This document shows positions 60,301 to 64,000 of a stretch of 64,000 nucleotides of DNA, in pieces. The notes below the pieces were generated by a model, which saw only the letters and a program-made list of their open reading frames with translations, was not told the DNA's origin and made no database searches. Numbering within the stretch: the first letter of the stretch is position 1; each line of letters begins with the position of its first letter. The DNA is taken from contig NMRA01000125.1 in the NCBI GenBank assembly GCA_002633005.1, positions 504,638 through 568,637 of the forward strand, in the 5' to 3' direction. Both the position numbers and the translations under genes were made by a program. The stretch is from Phoronis australis (lineage: Eukaryota > Animalia > Phoronida).

Positions 60301-63300
60301 GTTTACCTTCAAGGATCTAATTGAGGCTGAATGAGGTTACCTGGAGGAAATCCACGTGCCAAAACTGGACCTTTTTTACCAGCGCTTATATAGGCTATTG
60401 AAACTAGATCTCTGTGAAATGAAAACCAAAAGCATCTGGTATAAATACCTGTCCTTTCTCACAGCGTGACATTAACATTTCCTTTCAGAAGAAAGGCTTT
60501 ATACTAATGGTAAAAACTTTTCAATTTGGTACACATTATGGGGAAATGACATTCAGTGACTATATCGATTGTCTTATTGTCAGTAGAAAGCCCGCTAATG
60601 TTACACTTTGATGATCGAATAAATTTTTCATCAACAGCTAATTTGTCATTAATTATGTCCTCAGTTTTAAAGCCCCATACAGTGCAGTGGTGCTTATTCT
60701 TTATAAAGCTGAAATCATTAGCGACTACGCTTGCGAATTGTCGTTTTCCTGTTGACCTCTAGAAATGTGCAGTGATCAAAATGAAGTATTCCCTTTGTTT
60801 GCATTTGATTTGTTTGTGTGTGTAATTATTTTTAGAGTTTTCTTAAGAAGGCCTTTGAACAACTTTAAGTTTTGTGATAACTTGTCCACAACAAAAGTTC
60901 CACATGCAAGAAAAGTATATAAAGAAACAACATTGTTAAAAACAATTGTAATTTTCCCACGCAATGGAGTCCATAATCAGGCATTTCAAAGGCTGAATTT
61001 CTGAATAAGGTTCAAATCTCTCGGGTTATTGCTGAAGGATTATTTTTCACTTTGTCTAAAGGTAAAGTAGATGGTCAGGCGGCTGGTTTCAGTCGTTTTC
61101 TCTCACCTGTAACAGGATAGTCAGAGAAATATTAGCAAATTATAAAAGAAAACACAAGACAAAACTACTTTAGTAAGGCAGAACATACTTGACGTTTCAT
61201 CTTCATGTTTATATGCAGAAAATCTTTGTATCCAAGTCTTATTTAAGATCTGAATTAAACTATGTGAAACAGGCTAAAACTGATTTAATAATGTGTATTT
61301 TATTTTTCATGACACCTAAAATGAGCATCTGACCTCAAGTAAAATTCATTCTAGGTGTCAATTTTTATTCCAATGCAATGTTATGACGACTACTGAATAG
61401 CTTATTCATGTAAATTCGGTAACTAATCTGGTAGTCCTGGGGGTGGGGTCCGCTGTGAAATAAGGAAACTCACTCTTCTAGAGAATTTTATTGGACATAG
61501 CATAGCTTTGAAGAGAAACTGCTGTGAAAAAGGCACCCCTGACTTCTGAGCGTCACGTACCACACACCTCTTATATTGGGCGCATTCCCACCCTTGGAGG
61601 ACAATATGTAAGTATGTGCTGCTAGCCTACCCGGCATCCCGGCGAGTCCTGGGTGAGTTTCCGAAAAGAAACACTTAGTTCCATTCAATAAACCCGTTAT
61701 TCAGTGGGTAACTGGTGGGGATAACATCACCGAACGATGTCGGTAGAAACTTGATTGCTAAAAACTTACCAAGTAATCTTATGTAGTCTCCCAAAGGGGC
61801 TTCGGCATCCGCACACTTTTTCTCAGTTGGTTGACCCTTTTGACCGCAATGCTCCACGGATGTAGTAACCTTAGGCCTTTTCGTAATTTGTGACCACCTG
61901 GTGAAGACTTGCACCACGGAAAATAGTAATAATAAGGCTTTGCGCGACGACGTATTTTGCTAACATTCCGTCTTTTTCCCAGCTGTTTACATGCAGACAG
62001 CCACGCATGCGCAATTCAATCACCACTAGTACAGCAGCGACACCGCGAGGAGAATTCTCCGAATAGCCCCATTGGATGGTCAAACACAGTTAATACAGGA
62101 AAGAAAATGTTGAAGAAAGCAAGGCACCAACAATTAACAGAACTGCAGACAATTGCTTGACAGATTTTGCAGCATTGTGGGTAATTAAATACTACTAGAT
62201 TCAAGGGTCGCTGTGTAATCCGAGACAAACTTGCCCTTTTGTATTGCAGATGGAGATTGACAACTTAGCAGACGCCACGAACAGTTTTGCTGTGGACATG
62301 TACCATCAAGTCACACATGTGTCAGGCAACGACATGAATGTATTTTTCTCACCACTGAGTGTCCAAGTGCTTCTTGGTATGATGTACGAGGGCTCTGACA
62401 GCGAAACGCGAAAGCAGATTGGGAAAGCAACTCACTTAAACACGGTGAAACAACTTGAAGCCTCCTTCCGGAACCTCAATTCAGTATTACAGACTCCGAA
62501 TGAAAACTACACCTTAGAAACGGCTAACAGGTTGTACGTGAGCGACCGGTACCACTTCCTGAAAAGCTACAAGGACACCATGAATGACGTCTTCAGGGCT
62601 GATGCTGTTCTTTCCGACTTTTCTGGCGATTCAGATTATGCTCGTAAAAATATCAACGAATGGGTGAAGCATAAAACAAAGGGAAGGATCACAGATCTGA
62701 TTCCAGATAAAGGAGTAGATTCTTCTACGATAATGGTTCTGGTGAATGCTCTCTTCTTTAAGGGAGTCTGGAACTCTAAATTTTCACATAAGGAAACCTC
62801 AGTCCAACCATTCTTCACCCCTCAAAACAACAATGTAAAAATCGACATGATGTATCAGATTGGTTATTTCAAATCTCTTGTTCAGAAGAGCCACACCGCT
62901 CTTGAACTCCCATATAAGGGAAGCGACGTCAGTATGTATGTCCTTCTTCCGATCAGATCTAAAGACGGTCTCGCGAAACTGGAATCTTTGTTAGCGTATG
63001 ACTATATCAAAAGTATCACTGCATTAATTCGTCACCGAGAAGCCGGTAAAGTATTCCTCACGTTACCCAAGTTCGAAATAAACAACAGACGCAAACTGAA
63101 AGAAATTCTTTCGCAAATGGGCGTTGATGATCTATTCTCCAAGGAGACATGCGACTTGTCGGGCGTGGGTGGAACGCGTGACCTCTACGTGACTGAAGTA
63201 TTCCACCAAGCGGACATTTCAGTCGATGAAGACGGAAGCGAGGCAGCTGCAGCGACAGGGTCTGGTGCCAATACAGCAGTGTTCATACCACCTGTTGAGT

Positions 63301-63395
63301 TTAAGGCCGATCACCCATTCGTGTTTTTTATCTACGACAATGTTTTCGACACGATTCTTTTTATGGGCAGATTCACCGGTCCGGAATACAACTAA
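57339..63395 (+). CDS. Secreted serpin (inhibitory-type hinge): signal-peptide exon plus a single-exon serpin domain
   Basis: Exon 62250-63395 after acceptor ttgcag encodes NVFFSPLSV, INEWVKHKTKGRITDL, LVNALFFKGVW, LELPY, LPKF, EDGSEAAAAT and FKADHPFVFFI..ILFMGRF. The candidate phase-0 first exon is 57339-57395 (MAIPMFMVFFVLTWSCFAQ, then gtaaaa). The serpin identity is certain; the exon-1 link is inferred. Confidence 0.9.
58085..58156 (-). mobile_element. tRNA-derived SINE head or degenerate tRNA-like sequence
   Basis: The minus strand has GTGTAGCT (A-box-like) and GGTTCGATTCC (B-box) at tRNA-like spacing, but no pairing acceptor stem. Confidence 0.45.
59196..59280 (-). mobile_element. Kolobok-like terminus
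   Basis: Ends ...ttcgcgagcCCT followed by TTAA; homologous to 17564-17652. The partner end was not found. Confidence 0.45.
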
Positions 63396-63483
63396 GCGAG
63401 AAATTTGAAACTAAACAACGCATAGCACTGCATTTACATGTAACTGGAATTAGTCTATTAGTCCGTTATAACTATGCGCATGA

Positions 63484-63545
63484 CAGGTGCGGATCCAGAA
63501 TATTAGTTAAGGGGGGGGGGGGGTCAGACTATTAGCCAGGATTAT
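63484..63545. mobile_element. Truncated end of the 5-bp-TSD MITE family downstream of the serpin
   Basis: CAGGTGCGGATCCAGAAT..GTTAA-G-run..ATTAGCCAGGATT resembles 50591-50650. Confidence 0.55.
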
Positions 63546-64000
63546 GGCTTCATACCTACCTACTGAGGACTTAAGTATTATGAATATATGCACGAGTGCG
63601 CAGTAGCTTGGTAGAAAACTAGGTAGAGTAAACGAGCTGATTTTTCCATTGCGCTCTATGAAGAGCTTACAATAAAACGATGATTTCTCTTAAAATAACC
63701 AGTAAATGGCGAAAACAGAACTTGAAAACACATCTGTGCCACCAGTGAGTGAATGCTGCGGGGTTGTATTGCACAGAGACACCTTTCAGATTTCTCATGC
63801 AGTTAGATTTTATCCCTCGAATTCCGGCTTCGGTGGTCAACCTTGTGAGAGCAATCACGGAAAGTCATAATCTCGGTTGACATGAAAATATCAGCAATTT
63901 TTTGCATGAAACTGCGTATTCTAATTTTAAGTTAATAAATACATAGTTCGCCAACACCTTGTTCGTTAATGAAAAATGCATAAATTCATGACCAAAAGGT

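Noticed and set aside
59790-60380. Possible extra serpin exon or decayed gene in the serpin intron
   Set aside because: An acceptor-like site is present, but all frames are interrupted and I recognised no domain.

Overview
AT-rich, intron-containing animal (probably marine invertebrate) genomic scaffold with assembly gaps; it is not prokaryotic, and most ORF-track entries are spurious or partial exons. Reading GT-AG sites and codon phases by hand gives five sets of protein-coding sequence. (1) The 3' six exons of a C10orf88/PAAT homologue (+, 1-6558). (2) A convergent 14-exon, 746-aa gene (-, 28708-7443) with a long disordered N-terminus and a C-terminal domain resembling the fungal inner-kinetochore subunit Fta4/Nkp1, preceded by a CHR/E2F/CCAAT-type promoter; this is the most interesting item. 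(3) Two orphan single-pass membrane proteins with juxtamembrane Cys clusters (33.4-34.0 kb and 41.3-41.8 kb, -). (4) A secreted modular locus with signal peptide-PAN, FN3, decayed F5/8-like and ILEI/FAM3-type exons (-, 56348-46278). (5) A head-to-head secreted inhibitory-type serpin (+, 57339-63395). Mobile DNA includes several Kolobok-type elements (TTAA target duplication, inward-facing THAP-transposase and KolX-like remnants; one nested in its own family, one inside a copia RNase H relic), G/C-run MITEs with 5-bp target duplications, a Harbinger-like MITE, foldback elements and a tRNA-derived SINE head. All family assignments come from motif recognition by eye; no database searches were run.
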